Shown here in pieces: positions 42,701 to 54,588 of a stretch of 64,000 nt of DNA (positions within the stretch are counted from its first letter, which is position 1; each line of letters begins with the position of its first letter). Source of the DNA: Eledone cirrhosa. Its lineage: Eukaryota. The stretch spans positions 20,431 to 84,430 of the forward strand of contig CAXHJY010001474.1 in assembly GCA_964016885.1 (NCBI GenBank), given 5' to 3'. The notes beneath the pieces were generated by a model that was not told the DNA's origin, searched no databases, and saw only the letters and a program-made list of their open reading frames with translations. A program made the position numbers and the translations under genes.

Positions 42701-44330
42701 ATAAAGAAACAGTCAGTAAGGTTAGAATTAACAACGAATATAGTGAAGAGTTTAGCGTAAAAGTTGGTGTCCATCAGGGCTCTGTACTTAGCCCCCTACT
42801 ATTTATTATTGCCCTTCAGGCTATAACAGAGGAGTTCAAGACCGGCTACCCATGGGAACTCCTATACGCAGATGATCTAACGCTCATAGCTGAATCAATG
42901 ACCGAACTAGAGAAGAAATTCCAAACGTGGAAGCACGGCCTAGAATCAAAAGGCCTTAAAATTAACCTGGCTAAGACTAAAGTTCTAGTTTGTAGGAAAG
43001 AAAATAAGGCGGCGGTCCCATCGGGGAAATGGCCATGCTCAGTGTGTAGGAAAGGCGTAGGTAGAAACTCCATTTTATGTCCCAAATGCAAAGTATGGGT
43101 GCATAAAAGATGTAGTGGGATCACAGGTAAGCTAACTAAGAACATAGATTTTACATGTGGCCGGTGCTCTGGTGCAATAAGTAGCAGCAAGTGCCCACAA
43201 AATACTAGCTCCTTCAACTGCGCAGAGGGTTCTATAGAAATAGTGGACAGCTTCCGTTATCTGGGTGACAAAATCAGCAGTGGGGGAGGGTGCTCTGAAA
43301 GTACAGTAGCTAGAGTCAGAACTGGATGGAAAAAGTTCAGAGAGCTTATACCACTATTAGCCGCTAGAGGGTTCTCCCTAAAAATGAAAGGCAGGTTATA
43401 CGATGCCTGCATACGAACAGCAATGCTGCATGGCAGTGAGACCTGGGCATTGTGTGCAGAGGATATACGCAGACTAGAGAGGAACGAAGCTTGCATGCTC
43501 CGCTGGATGTGCAATAGTAATATACGTGAACGGCAAAGCATAAACGAACTAAGGAAAAAATTAGAAATAAGAGGGATCAGATGTTGTTTACTCGAGAGAA
43601 GGCTACGTTGGTACGGTCACGTGATGCGCATGAAAGACGACAGCTGTATAACAAAGTGCAGGGCAATAAAGATAGACGGTAGCCACGGAGTAGGCAGACC
43701 CAGAAAAACATGGGACGAGCTGATAAATTCCGACCTCACACGCTTACACCTCTCCAAGACAATGTCACTGGACCGAGACCTTTGGCGGTACTCAGTAATA
43801 GAGAAGACCCGCCTTACCTAAATACAAAGTAAAAACCTACTACAGTCAGTAGGCACCTCTATCAAAACACACCCCCGTCCCACCACCTCCACCCCACCCA
43901 CACCGCCCCTTTCAATGTAAAGTTATGTTGGTCCCACAACATCCAGGCCGAAACAAATGAGATCGTGTAGGTGTCACGACAAAAAACACACAGTCCACGC
44001 TGTAAATGTGGCCGTGTAGGCAACACGGTAAAAACCTCCCAGCCCCACACTGTAAATGTGGTTGGTGTTAGGAAGGGCATCCAGCTGTAGAAAACCCGCC
44101 AGACAGTCCACGCTGTAATGTGGCCGTGTAGGCAACACGGTAAAAACCTCCCAGCCCCACACTGTAAATGTGGTTGGTGTTAGGAAGGGCATCCAACTGT
44201 AGAAAACCCGCCAGACAGTCCTATGCGAGCAAGACAACCACTCTTGCCTCAAGTGGGAAAACCCCCGTCCAAACCCATGCAAGCGTGGAACACGGACGCT
44301 AAACCTGATGATGATGATGATGATGATGAT
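39768..44330 (+). mobile_element. Apparently full-length RTE-clade LINE
   Basis: 5' region with a tandem duplication of about 205 bp, a single long ORF, a 3' UTR with a 113-bp duplication and a (GAT)n tail at about 44306-44330; 5' boundary uncertain. Confidence 0.85.
40576..43821 (+). CDS. RTE LINE ORF: APE endonuclease + reverse transcriptase + PHD-like zinc finger (first ATG 40588)
   Basis: APE motifs GTMNVGTL, CIQETRW, AGDLNGHVG, QVDYIL, SQHRLI; RT motifs NYRGIKL, QFGF, FVDLEKAFDRVP, GVHQGSVLSPLLF, LLYADD, FRYLG; RTE C-terminus RRLRWYGHV, GRPRKTW; 1081 codons uninterrupted. Confidence 0.97.
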   Translation: MLFDMMDGLRNSGELKREKCGRSATMPKIKPNSPRGRECKHSSLFRPRMANITPSPPPAPHRSHPPNAIQNFRVGTMNVGTLKGRSNEVVEMLERKEVDVCCIQETRWRGVSARFIVGKERCYKLFWVGNDNGLGGVGIMVAEKWADKIIDVNRVNDRIIKIRLVLNKTTVTVISAYAPQSGLPRAIKDRFYETLMLATSQITDSDYIVIAGDLNGHVGQHCDGYDGIHGGYGFGTRNEEGSRILEFCDANNLTICNTNFKKRDNHLITYRSGEHTSQVDYILTRRRDRVSVVNTKSHPHEEFTSQHRLIISDLIVRTRRTRQRKRTILRRKIWKLKDPIARNKFQSKLLDAFDSKEEQLESYNIEEQWEFLRANLLTAADEVCGWSRPVGRRRVTWWWNSKVEESIKAKKQAWKVWRDGGSREDYQVARREARRQVYFARREAEERKFKHVLQREDQKREVFRIARQCVKENRDIVGEKCVLNDDGILAITDADKKVAWKCHYERLLNENKWEKDSLPQIDPIEGPAVLVEGSIISKAIKDMKTGKAAGPSEIVAEMLKASGSVGHTMVTRIVNQVVQNGVVPKEWRSSIIVNCYKGKGDALDRSNYRGIKLIDQVMKVTEKVIAQLIRERIDLDEMQFGFVSGKSTTDALFVVRQLQEKYLAKSKPLYLAFVDLEKAFDRVPRSIIWWSLRKLGVDEWLVRAIQAMYKETVSKVRINNEYSEEFSVKVGVHQGSVLSPLLFIIALQAITEEFKTGYPWELLYADDLTLIAESMTELEKKFQTWKHGLESKGLKINLAKTKVLVCRKENKAAVPSGKWPCSVCRKGVGRNSILCPKCKVWVHKRCSGITGKLTKNIDFTCGRCSGAISSSKCPQNTSSFNCAEGSIEIVDSFRYLGDKISSGGGCSESTVARVRTGWKKFRELIPLLAARGFSLKMKGRLYDACIRTAMLHGSETWALCAEDIRRLERNEACMLRWMCNSNIRERQSINELRKKLEIRGIRCCLLERRLRWYGHVMRMKDDSCITKCRAIKIDGSHGVGRPRKTWDELINSDLTRLHLSKTMSLDRDLWRYSVIEKTRLT

Positions 44331-44770
44331 ATACGTGCAATTGCGCAATTAACACACATATTTTTTAATTATATGACAGGCCGAATGAGAATATATATAT
44401 ATATATATCGATCCTTTGTCAGTGTTGAACAAAAGGGCAACGATGGTTGCCGAACACTGTACGGCTTAATTCGGGCTGTTTGTTTACAAACAAACCGAAC
44501 ATTATAATAAATGTTCGATAAACCCATACGTACATATATATATATATATATATATGTGCATGTATGTATATACATACTATACTGTACGTCTGTATACATA
44601 TATGTATGTACGTATACATATTTATATTTAAGTATCAGCCGTACTAAGAGTGAGAAATGAAATTTCATTTCATTCTTCTCCATTGATAGTCGATAGACTT
44701 TCGTCAAATCGGACCGAGGAAACAATGTTTCCATTGAAATGTTTCCATTGTGTGTGCCTGGCTGGAAAGA

Positions 44771-44832
<62 letters not shown>

Positions 44833-45121
44833 GTGAGGTTGTGAGATCGATTCCTGGATGCGAGGCGATGCGTTATGTCCTTGAGCAAGACACTTTACTT
44901 CACGTTGCTCCTTCTACCTGGAGTTGCGACCGATAGATAGTATTAGTAATTGGAAAGACCAATGGAAACATTGTTTCCTCGGTCGGATTTGACGAAAGTC
45001 GATCCACTGTCGATATATATATGTGTTCTTATTTAGCCTGTCATATAATTAAAAATGATATGTGTGTGTGTGTGTGTGTGCGTGCGCTAGCGTGTATGTG
45101 TGTGTATAATTATGCAATTGC

Positions 45122-45182
<61 letters not shown>

Positions 45183-45275
45183 GGAGGTGAGTTTTATTGT
45201 AGTACAATAAAGCAATGTTGATTTAAAACTGCACTATCAACAAGTGTTTTTAAGCCTTCATATCATGTTCTCCTG

Positions 45276-45342
45276 TTTTATCTGATGAAAACACAAATAT
45301 TATTGTTTGATGATGTTTGTTTTTGAAATGCGCATAATAAAA
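45276..45342 (+). ncRNA. Hammerhead ribozyme (paralog of 36816)
   Basis: TTTTAT-CTGATGA-AAACACAAATATTATT..GATGATGTTTGTTTTT-GAAA-TGCGCA-TA|ATAAAA. Confidence 0.85.
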
Positions 45343-45374
45343 TATATGGAACTCCTTTAACCATCTTTTGATCT

Positions 45375-45438
<64 letters not shown>

Positions 45439-45441
<3 letters not shown>

Positions 45442-45636
45442 AGTAAGTAAGACCCCGACGGCTGAGCTCAAGCCGTTTCGACGGCTAATTCTGTACTGCA
45501 GTACAGAATTAGCCGTCGAAACGGCTTGAGCTCAGCCGTCGGGGTCTTACTTACTCCTATTACCCACTCTACTACCCTAAGTATTGAGTACTTTGGTGCG
45601 TTATGGTCCACCTGGTTCCTTACCACTTTTCCCTCG

Positions 45637-45637
<1 letters not shown>
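45439..45637 (+). mobile_element. F1 fold-back element copy
   Basis: Perfect arms around CTGTACTGCAGTACAG. Confidence 0.9.
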
Positions 45638-45687
<50 letters not shown>

Positions 45688-46136
45688 TTACGGCCCTTGC
45701 CATTCTGAGTTCAAATCCCGCCGAGGTTAACTTTGCCTTTCATCCTTACGGGGTCGATAAAATAAAGTACCAGTAATGCACTGGGATAATTGCTGGCCTT
45801 GTGCCAAAAGTAGAAATTATTATTCTTGCCATTGTTGTGTTGATTGTTATTGTTGTCATTGTTGTTGTTGTTGTTGTCGTTACTGTCATTGTTGTTGTTA
45901 TTGCAGTGATTGTTGTAGTTGTTGTTGTCATTACTGTTGTTGATCCTAGTATTATTGTTGTTGTTGTTGTTATTGTTATTGTTGTTGTTATTGTTGATAA
46001 AATATGTTGATAATGATGTTGTTGTTGTTGTTGTTGTTGATCTTGACGTTATTGCTGTCCTTGTTGTTTGTTATTGTTGACGCCGTTGGTAATCTCTTTG
46101 ATGGTGTTGTTGTTGTTACTGTCATTGTTGTTGTCC

Positions 46137-46975
46137 CCTCATCAACTTCTTCAAGTTTCACCTGGGAAGGAAGGTGAGGGTGGAGAGAGAAGTGCTGCCC
46201 TGGCCCCAATACATTTGCTAAAAGGTGGATGAATGTGGCGAGAATGGCCCGTGTCAATGGGCCTACTCTGACCATGCGCCTATAGGCTAGCTAACTTGAG
46301 GAGAGGGGTGCTCTCTCCCTGGGTGCCCTAGAAGCGCAGGGTGGTTCAGGATTGGTGGGGTACCCGAGTCCCCCCAGGGTCGTCCACCCCCTATCGGGGA
46401 ATTTATTTTGTTATATTTATACATAGTTTATATTATATTTTTTATATCTTCATTGTTAAATTAGTCTTGCCATTGTGCACTTTTACTCGACCTTATTGTA
46501 AACCCCCCACTGTCCCTGTCTTTGTATTGTCCCCTACTTGTCAGCCCCCACTGTCCCTGTCTTTGTATTGTCCCCTACTTGTCAGCCCCCACTGTCCCTG
46601 TCTTTGTATTGTCCCCTACTTGTCAGCCCCCACTGTCCCTGTCTTTGTATTGTCCCCTACTTGTCAGCCCCCACTGTCCCTGTCTTTGTATTGTCCCCTA
46701 CTTGTCAGCCCCCACTGTCCCTGTCTTTGTATTGTCCCCTACTTGTCAGCCCCCACTGTCCCTGTCTTTGTATTGTCCCCTACTTGTCAGCCCCCACTGT
46801 CCCTGTCTTTGTATTGTCCCCTACTTGTCAGCCCCCACTGTCCCTGTCTTTGTATTGTCCCCTACTTGTCAGCCCCCACTGTCCCTGTCTTTGTATTGTC
46901 CCCTACTTGTCAGCCCCCACTGTCCCTGTCTTTGTATTGTCCCCTACATGTCGGCCCTTGTGGCTAATAAATGAA
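46137..46975 (+). mobile_element. 3' fragment of a sister Tx1/L1-like LINE
   Basis: Translates LINFFKFHLGRKVRVEREVL../WMNVARMARVNGPTLTMRL*, homologous to the 57016 ORF C-terminus; ends TGTGGCTAATAAA. Confidence 0.8.
46505..46950. repeat. 41-bp minisatellite, about 11 copies, in the LINE 3' UTR
   Basis: Unit CCCCACTGTCCCTGTCTTTGTATTGTCCCCTACTTGTCAGC. Confidence 0.95.
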
Positions 46976-47533
46976 ATCGTCATTATTATTGTCATTGTTG
47001 CTGTTATTGTTGATGTTAGTGGTGTTGTGTGGGGGGTAAGATGGAGTGTTACTGTTGTTGGCGTTGATGATGATGATGATGATGGTGTTGGTGTATTTGG
47101 AGGGGGGGTTACTCTCATTGTTATTGTTGATGTTGGTGGTGTTGTGGGGGGGTACGATGGCGTGTTACTGTCATTGTTATGGTGGTTGTTGCTGTTGTTG
47201 GCGTTGATGATGATGATGATGTTGATGGTGTTGGTGTATTTGGAGGGGGGGTTACTCTCATTGTTATTGTTGATGTTGGTGGTGTTGATGTTATTGATGA
47301 TGGTGGTGGTGATGGTGGTGGTGGTGGTGGTGGTGGTGGTGGTGGTGTAGACGTGGGGTGGGTGTGTTACTGTTATTATTACATTGGTTGTTGTTGTTGT
47401 TGGTGGTGGCGGTGTTGGTGGAGGTACTGGTGTGTGTGTGTGGGTGGGGTAGAGGCATTACTGTTATTGTCGTGGTGTTTGATGGTGTTGTTAACGATGA
47501 TGATGATGGTGATGGCGAGGGTGTTACTGATTG

Positions 47534-47564
<31 letters not shown>

Positions 47565-47934
47565 TTCGCCCTTCACCAGCTTATTCTTTCTTTCTTTCTT
47601 TCTTTTTCTCGTCATCTTTGATTTATTTCGTTATTTCGTTAATTTCAAAAATCTGATGTAATTTTGTTTATCCTGATGGGATCAACTAACATTGAACAGA
47701 TGATGGTAGGACTGGTGGTGGCGGCGGTGGCGGTAGTGGTGGTGGTGGTGGAGGTGGCGGTGGTGGCATTGGTGGCGGTGATGGGGTTGTAGGTGGGGGT
47801 AGCGGTGATGGTGGTGGTTGTAGGTAGTAGGTGGTGAACGATTGTGGTGGTGGGGGGTGGGATTTCTGCGCCTGAGCACTTTCTTTATACTTGTATATAT
47901 ATATATATATATATATAAATATATATATATAAAT

Positions 47935-47973
<39 letters not shown>

Positions 47974-48071
47974 GCGATGAAATACCAATGATGGTTGGAA
48001 AATCACTGACGAAGGACTATTTTTATCATATGTAACCTATGTGCAACCACGCAGTATCCTTCTTTCTTCTC

Positions 48072-48237
<166 letters not shown>

Positions 48238-48603
48238 CCAGGTCTGGTTATCATTTATTTTGTTTTGACCTGTTTAGCTTGATTTGGTTTTGGGGTTGGT
48301 TGGTTAATGCCTTCTTGACCCCCTTTTCGGTTTTGTATGGCTTCTTAACACATTGTTTAGCTCTGGTTTTTAACTATTGAGCACTTTGCCAGTATCATTT
48401 CTGATTTTTGCGTTTCGCTTCGCCTTTCCTGTCCGCCGAATCTTTATGTGTATATATATATATTCAGTGAATTACTGGTCGTGGTATCAAAACGAGCATT
48501 CTATCCACAAGCAGAGTGTATATATTAAGAAAAGCGATGAAGTTTCGTTTACATGTATTTAATTGAAACTTCATCGATTTTCTTATATCTCTCTCTATAT
48601 TTA

Positions 48604-48865
48604 TAAGGAAAAGAAATCGAAAATGCAACTGGAGTCTTTTTAAGAATATTTATTTGTTTCCTTTACCGGTTTCACAGTTCTTACGCTTTTCAAAAGTCGA
48701 ATTGAGATGGAGGGTTTGTGGTTTTTCTCGCATCAGATGCGAGAAAAACCGCAAACCCTCCATCTCAATTCGACTTTTGAAAAGCGTAAGAACTGTGAAA
48801 CCGGTAAAGGAAACAAATAAATATTCTTAAAAAGACTCCAGTTGCATTTTCGATTCTTTTCCTTA
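48604..48865. mobile_element. 262-bp palindrome with variant hammerhead motif (48774-48809 and mirror)
   Basis: Centre CTCGCATC-A-GATGCGAG; motif CTT-TTGAAAA-GCG..TGT-GAAA-CCGG-TA|AAG. Confidence 0.8.
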
Positions 48866-49072
48866 ACTTTCACTCGTGTAGGACATCTCGTTTTTTTTTT
48901 TCATTTTTTTTTTTTTTTTCATTTTTTTTTGTTTTCATTTAAAAAAACCCTCATATATATTAATTAGGTGTGTAACGACAGTTACAGGCAGCGCGCCGTT
49001 CGAAGCACTCAATGCTGTTACGAGGTCCGTTTCGTTTGGGTTGTATTCCAGTGTTTTTGCACATATAAGCTC

Positions 49073-49160
49073 GCATATCTGAAGAGATGTTGAAAAGAGT
49101 CGAGCACCGTTACCGTGATTGTACCCTGAGCTGATCGATATCGAAACAATTGTAATATGC
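49073..49160 (+). ncRNA. Hammerhead ribozyme
   Basis: GCATAT-CTGAAGA-GATGTTGA...TCGATATC-GAAA-CAATTG-TA|ATATGC; perfect 6-bp stem I. Confidence 0.9.
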
Positions 49161-49379
49161 AAATTAAGTTTGTACATATGCTGCAACACTGACCTCGACT
49201 CTTTTAAATCTCTCTTTCTCTCTATATACAAATATATATAAGAGAGAATGCTTTTTATTTGTCACTAATACACAGAAAATCTCAATGAAAAGATAGCCAA
49301 AATATATCTAAACCAGATTATATCTTTCTTGTATCAGTTGGCTTTACTAGTACACTACCCGCCGGTAACGTTTCGTAAG

Positions 49380-49491
<112 letters not shown>

Positions 49492-49613
49492 GTTTCTACT
49501 TTTGGCACAAGGCCAGCAAATACCCAGTACATTACTGGTACTTTATTTTATCGACCCCGTAAGGATGAAAGGCAAAGTTAACCTACCAAAGTTAACCTAG
49601 CAAAGTTAAAATC

Positions 49614-49667
<54 letters not shown>

Positions 49668-49798
49668 GATGTAATCTGAGTTTTTCGAATATTATTAACA
49701 ATATTGAATTCGTTTGTGATTATGCAAACAGACGTTTTTTTAAAGCCATGTCAGTAGAATGAGCCCCTCATTCTTGCTCTTGTGTTGACATGTAAACA

Positions 49799-49848
49799 GA
49801 ACTGTAGACACTAATGTTTCTGCGTATTACTCTTCATCAGTGCAGTTC
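49799..49848 (-). ncRNA. Hammerhead ribozyme
   Basis: Reverse complement GAACTGCA-CTGATGA-AGAGTAATACGCA-GAAA-CATTAGTG-TC|TACAGTTC. Confidence 0.8.
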
Positions 49849-49856
49849 ACTGTTCA

Positions 49857-49917
<61 letters not shown>

Positions 49918-50069
49918 GATGGAATCAGTTTGAGAGTGGTTAAACCATTACTCAACAGAGTGCTCGATACTTGTGATAGTAGAGTATGGTTATATTATAA
50001 AGAATTGGGACAAGTCAGTAACTAACTTTTGAAACGGCAAGAGCTCAGCCGTCGGGTCCTGACTCTTTG

Positions 50070-50196
<127 letters not shown>

Positions 50197-50414
50197 CAGA
50201 GAGGGTGTGGTAAGATACCAGATGAACCAGAACGTACCAGAATAATCGATACTTGGGGTAGTAGAGTGGGTAATAGGAAAAGAGTCAGGACCCCGACGGC
50301 AGAGCTCCGGCCGTTTCGACAGCTAGTTCCGAACTAAACGACCAGTATTAAAACGGCGGGAATCAAGCTGAACTTAACAAGGGGTTCAGTCTATATATAT
50401 ATATATATTTACAT

Positions 50415-50475
<61 letters not shown>

Positions 50476-52694
50476 TACAGGGGGAGAGAATAAGGGAGGG
50501 AGATTAATATACATATGTAGGAATATGATGTATATAAATATATTAATGTACTGATGTATACGCATGAAAACACTCACACTCACACATACACATACACACA
50601 CAGTGGCTAGTAGTTTTATTCCTACATAGATATACATAAATAAATATGTATTATACATACATAAATATATATTATATATACATAAATATGTATTATGTAT
50701 ACATAAATAAATATATATTATATATATATATATATATATGAATAAATATATATTATATATACATAAATATGTATTATACATACATAAATATGTATTATAT
50801 ATACATAAATAAATATATATTATACATACATAAATATGTATTATGTATACATAAATAAATATATATTATATATACATCAATATGAATTATATATACATAA
50901 ATATGTATTATATATATATAGATAAATATATATTATATATACATAAATATGTATTATATATACATAAATATGTATTGTATATACATAAAAAATATATATA
51001 TTATATATACATAAATATGTATTATATATACATAAATAAATATATATTATATATACATAAATATATATTATATATACATAAATATATATTATATATACAT
51101 AAATATATATTATATATACATAAATATGTATTATATTTGTTATGAAGAGAGAAATCAGGCAACCATTCAATCGATTTCCCATTAATAATATCTCATTGAT
51201 CTGATTGAATCTGAATCAGATGTGTGGATGTTTGTGTTAGTGTGAATGTGTGTGAGTGTATGTGTGTGTGTTTGTGTGTGAGTGGATGTGTGTGTGTGTG
51301 TATGTGCGTGTGTTTTAGTGTATGTGTATGTGCGTGTGTGTATGTTTGTGTGAGTGTGTGAGTATGATTGTGTATGTGTGTGTGTTTGAGTATGGGTGTG
51401 TGAGTGTATGCGTATGTTTGCATGAGTGTGTGTGTGTGTGTGTGTATCTGTGTGAGTGTGTGTTGGATGAAATAAGAGCATCAGTTTCAAACAACACAAA
51501 ATGTCTCCGTGGACAGAAAAATTAAAAATAACAACAACAATATTGTTAACACTATTAGATTCCCCACCACTGCAACCACTGCCACCACCACCACCACTGC
51601 CACCACCACTGCCACCACCACCGCTAACATCATCAACAAAACAACAACACAAAAAATCACCTGCAAAACCACATATACTACCGCCACCACCACCACCAAC
51701 GCCATTTCTAATACTACACCAACCCCAACTAACAATACCACATCCCACACTTCCACAAACACCAACCCCACCACCATCAACAACAACAACACCAACAACA
51801 ACAGCACCAAGATCACCACCACCAACAACAACAGCACCAAGATCACCACCACCAACAACAACAACAACCGTCCCCACACCACTGCCACCACCACCACTCA
51901 CAAGAACAACAACACTACCACCAACAACAACACCACCTTAATCACTAGCAACATCCCACCACCTCCACTACCCATACGACAAACACCAACACGACCATCA
52001 CGACCACTACCACCACAACAACAACAAGCACCACCATAACCACCACCACATCAAGCACCACCACCACCACCACAGCAACAACAAGCACCACCACCACCAC
52101 CACCGACAGTAACAACAACCCCTCCCAGTCCCACCCCCACCAACAACAACCCCCCTCCCAGCCCCGCCACAGATCCACTCCCCTAATCCCTAATCCAATT
52201 CCCTATATCCATTGATCCATGTATCATTAAAATGTAATTTCAATTCTAGGAAAATTTGGCAAATCACAGGAATGTCAGACAGGAATTCTTTCATTTGATT
52301 TAACAATAGGGAATGGTGGGGTGGGGGGGGGGGGGGTTGATGGTGGTGGTGGTGGTGGTGGTGTTGGTAGTGGTGGTGTTGATGCTGGTGGTGGTGGTAG
52401 TGGTGGTGGTAGTGGGGGTAGTGGTGGTGTTGATGCTGGTGGTGGTGGTGGAGGTGTTGGTGGGGGTGCTGATAGTGGTGGTGTTGATGGTGGTAATGGT
52501 ATTTGTGGTGGTGGTGGTGGTGGTAATGGTGGTGATGTTGGAAGCGGTAAGGCTAGTGATAATGGTGGTGTTGGTCGTGGTGGTGGCGGTGATGGTGGTG
52601 GTGTTGGTAAATAACAATTATAAAAGCTGGCAATGAATCTATTGATTGACAATTCAATAAAGAATTATATCCTAATTATGTTATATGTTATACG

Positions 52695-52740
<46 letters not shown>

Positions 52741-52851
52741 TATATATGTATATATATATATAGATATGTGTGTGTGTGTATAAATATTCACATATATATA
52801 TACACACACATATATATATATATATACACACATATATATATATATATATAC

Positions 52852-52919
<68 letters not shown>

Positions 52920-52975
52920 GTATATATATATATATATATATATACATATGTATATATATATATATATATATATAC

Positions 52976-53038
<63 letters not shown>

Positions 53039-53076
53039 GATTCATATTTCAATATATATTGCTCAGATTTGTTGGG

Positions 53077-53112
<36 letters not shown>

Positions 53113-53335
53113 CTGAAGTTAATAGAGTCCACATGGCAACCGTCATGTGACTTATACTGTCATAGTCATATGACTTATATAAGCACCATCACGTGACTTG
53201 ATATTCCTGTAATTAAAGGGAAATACCAGGGGAGTTGTTGGTGTTCATTCCTTTACCAATGAATTTACCAAACGTCGGTGAAGCAAGTGGTTTGGGTGGG
53301 TGGAGGTACTGGTAATAATACTGGTGCCTTATATA

Positions 53336-53630
53336 GGCACAAGGCCAGCAATTACCCCAGTGTATTACTGGTACTTTATTTTATCGACCCCGTAAGGATG
53401 AAAGGCAAAATTAACCTCGACGGGATTTGAACTCAGATCGTAAAGGGCCGTAACTATGCTAGAAAGCATGGTGTCCAACCCTCTACTGATACTGCCAATT
53501 CACTTATAATGGTTTCTACTTTTGGCACAAGGCCAGCAATTACCCCAGTGCATTACTGGTGCTTTATTTTATCGACCCCGTAAGAATCAAAGGCAAAGTT
53601 AACCTCGTGTATGTTTGTGTTAGTGTGAAT

Positions 53631-53666
<36 letters not shown>

Positions 53667-54118
53667 ATTAGTGTATGTGTATGTGCCTGTGTGTATGTTT
53701 GTGTGAGTGTGTGTGTATGATTGTGCATGATTGTGTATGTGTGTGTGTTTGAGTATGGGTGTGTGAGTGTATGCGTATGTTTGCATGAGTATGTGTGTGT
53801 GTGTGTGTGTCTGTGTCTGTGTGTGTCTGTGTCTGTGTGTGTGTGTGTGTGTATGTGTGTGTGTGTTGGATGAAATAAGAACATCTGTTTCAAACGACAT
53901 AGGTACTGGTAATAATAATGCTTCCAGCAATATGGAGGGAGGGAAAGGTCCATTGATTCGACCCCAGTACATTACTGGTACTTTATTTTAACGACCCCCG
54001 TAAAGATGAAAGGCAAAGTTAACCTCGGCGGGATTTGAAATCAGACCGTAAAGGGCCGTAACTCTATGCGACAAAGCATGGCATCAGACCCTCTACTGAT
54101 ATTGTCAATCTACCACTC

Positions 54119-54153
<35 letters not shown>

Positions 54154-54339
54154 TGTTTCTACTTTTGGCACAAGGCCAGCAATTACCCAGTGCATTACTG
54201 GTACTTTATTTCATCGACCCCGTAAGGATGAAAGGCAAAGTTAACCTCGGCGGGATTTGAACTCAGAATGGCAAGGGGCGTAACTCTATGTGTCAAAGCA
54301 TGGTGTCCGACCCTCTACCGATACTGCCAATCCACCGCC
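53336..54339 (-). mobile_element. Cluster of four co-oriented S1 SINEs
   Basis: Copies at about 53336-53502, 53509-53607, 53958-54116, 54152-54339. Confidence 0.85.
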
Positions 54340-54407
54340 CATTAATATTAATACAATCTTAATATTAATTATTTTAAATCTCATTTCATATTTTCTATTC
54401 ATAATCC

Positions 54408-54475
54408 CTCTGTCTGATGAACGATCCAGACATATATTAATATTGTCTAGGGCCCTGAAACCTTTGGTAATGGAG
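54408..54475 (+). ncRNA. Hammerhead ribozyme with short intramolecular stem III
   Basis: CTCTGT-CTGATGA-..AGACA..TGTCT..-GAAA-CC(TTT)GG-TA|ATGGAG. Confidence 0.75.
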
Positions 54476-54544
54476 TAGTTATATATTGTGTTGTTCACTT
54501 TCTAAAATATATATATATATATATATTTATTAAAATATTATTAT

Positions 54545-54586
<42 letters not shown>

Positions 54587-54588
<2 letters not shown>

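Noticed and set aside
40548-43541. Short antisense ORFs within the LINE
   Set aside because: Shadow ORFs of the long coding strand.
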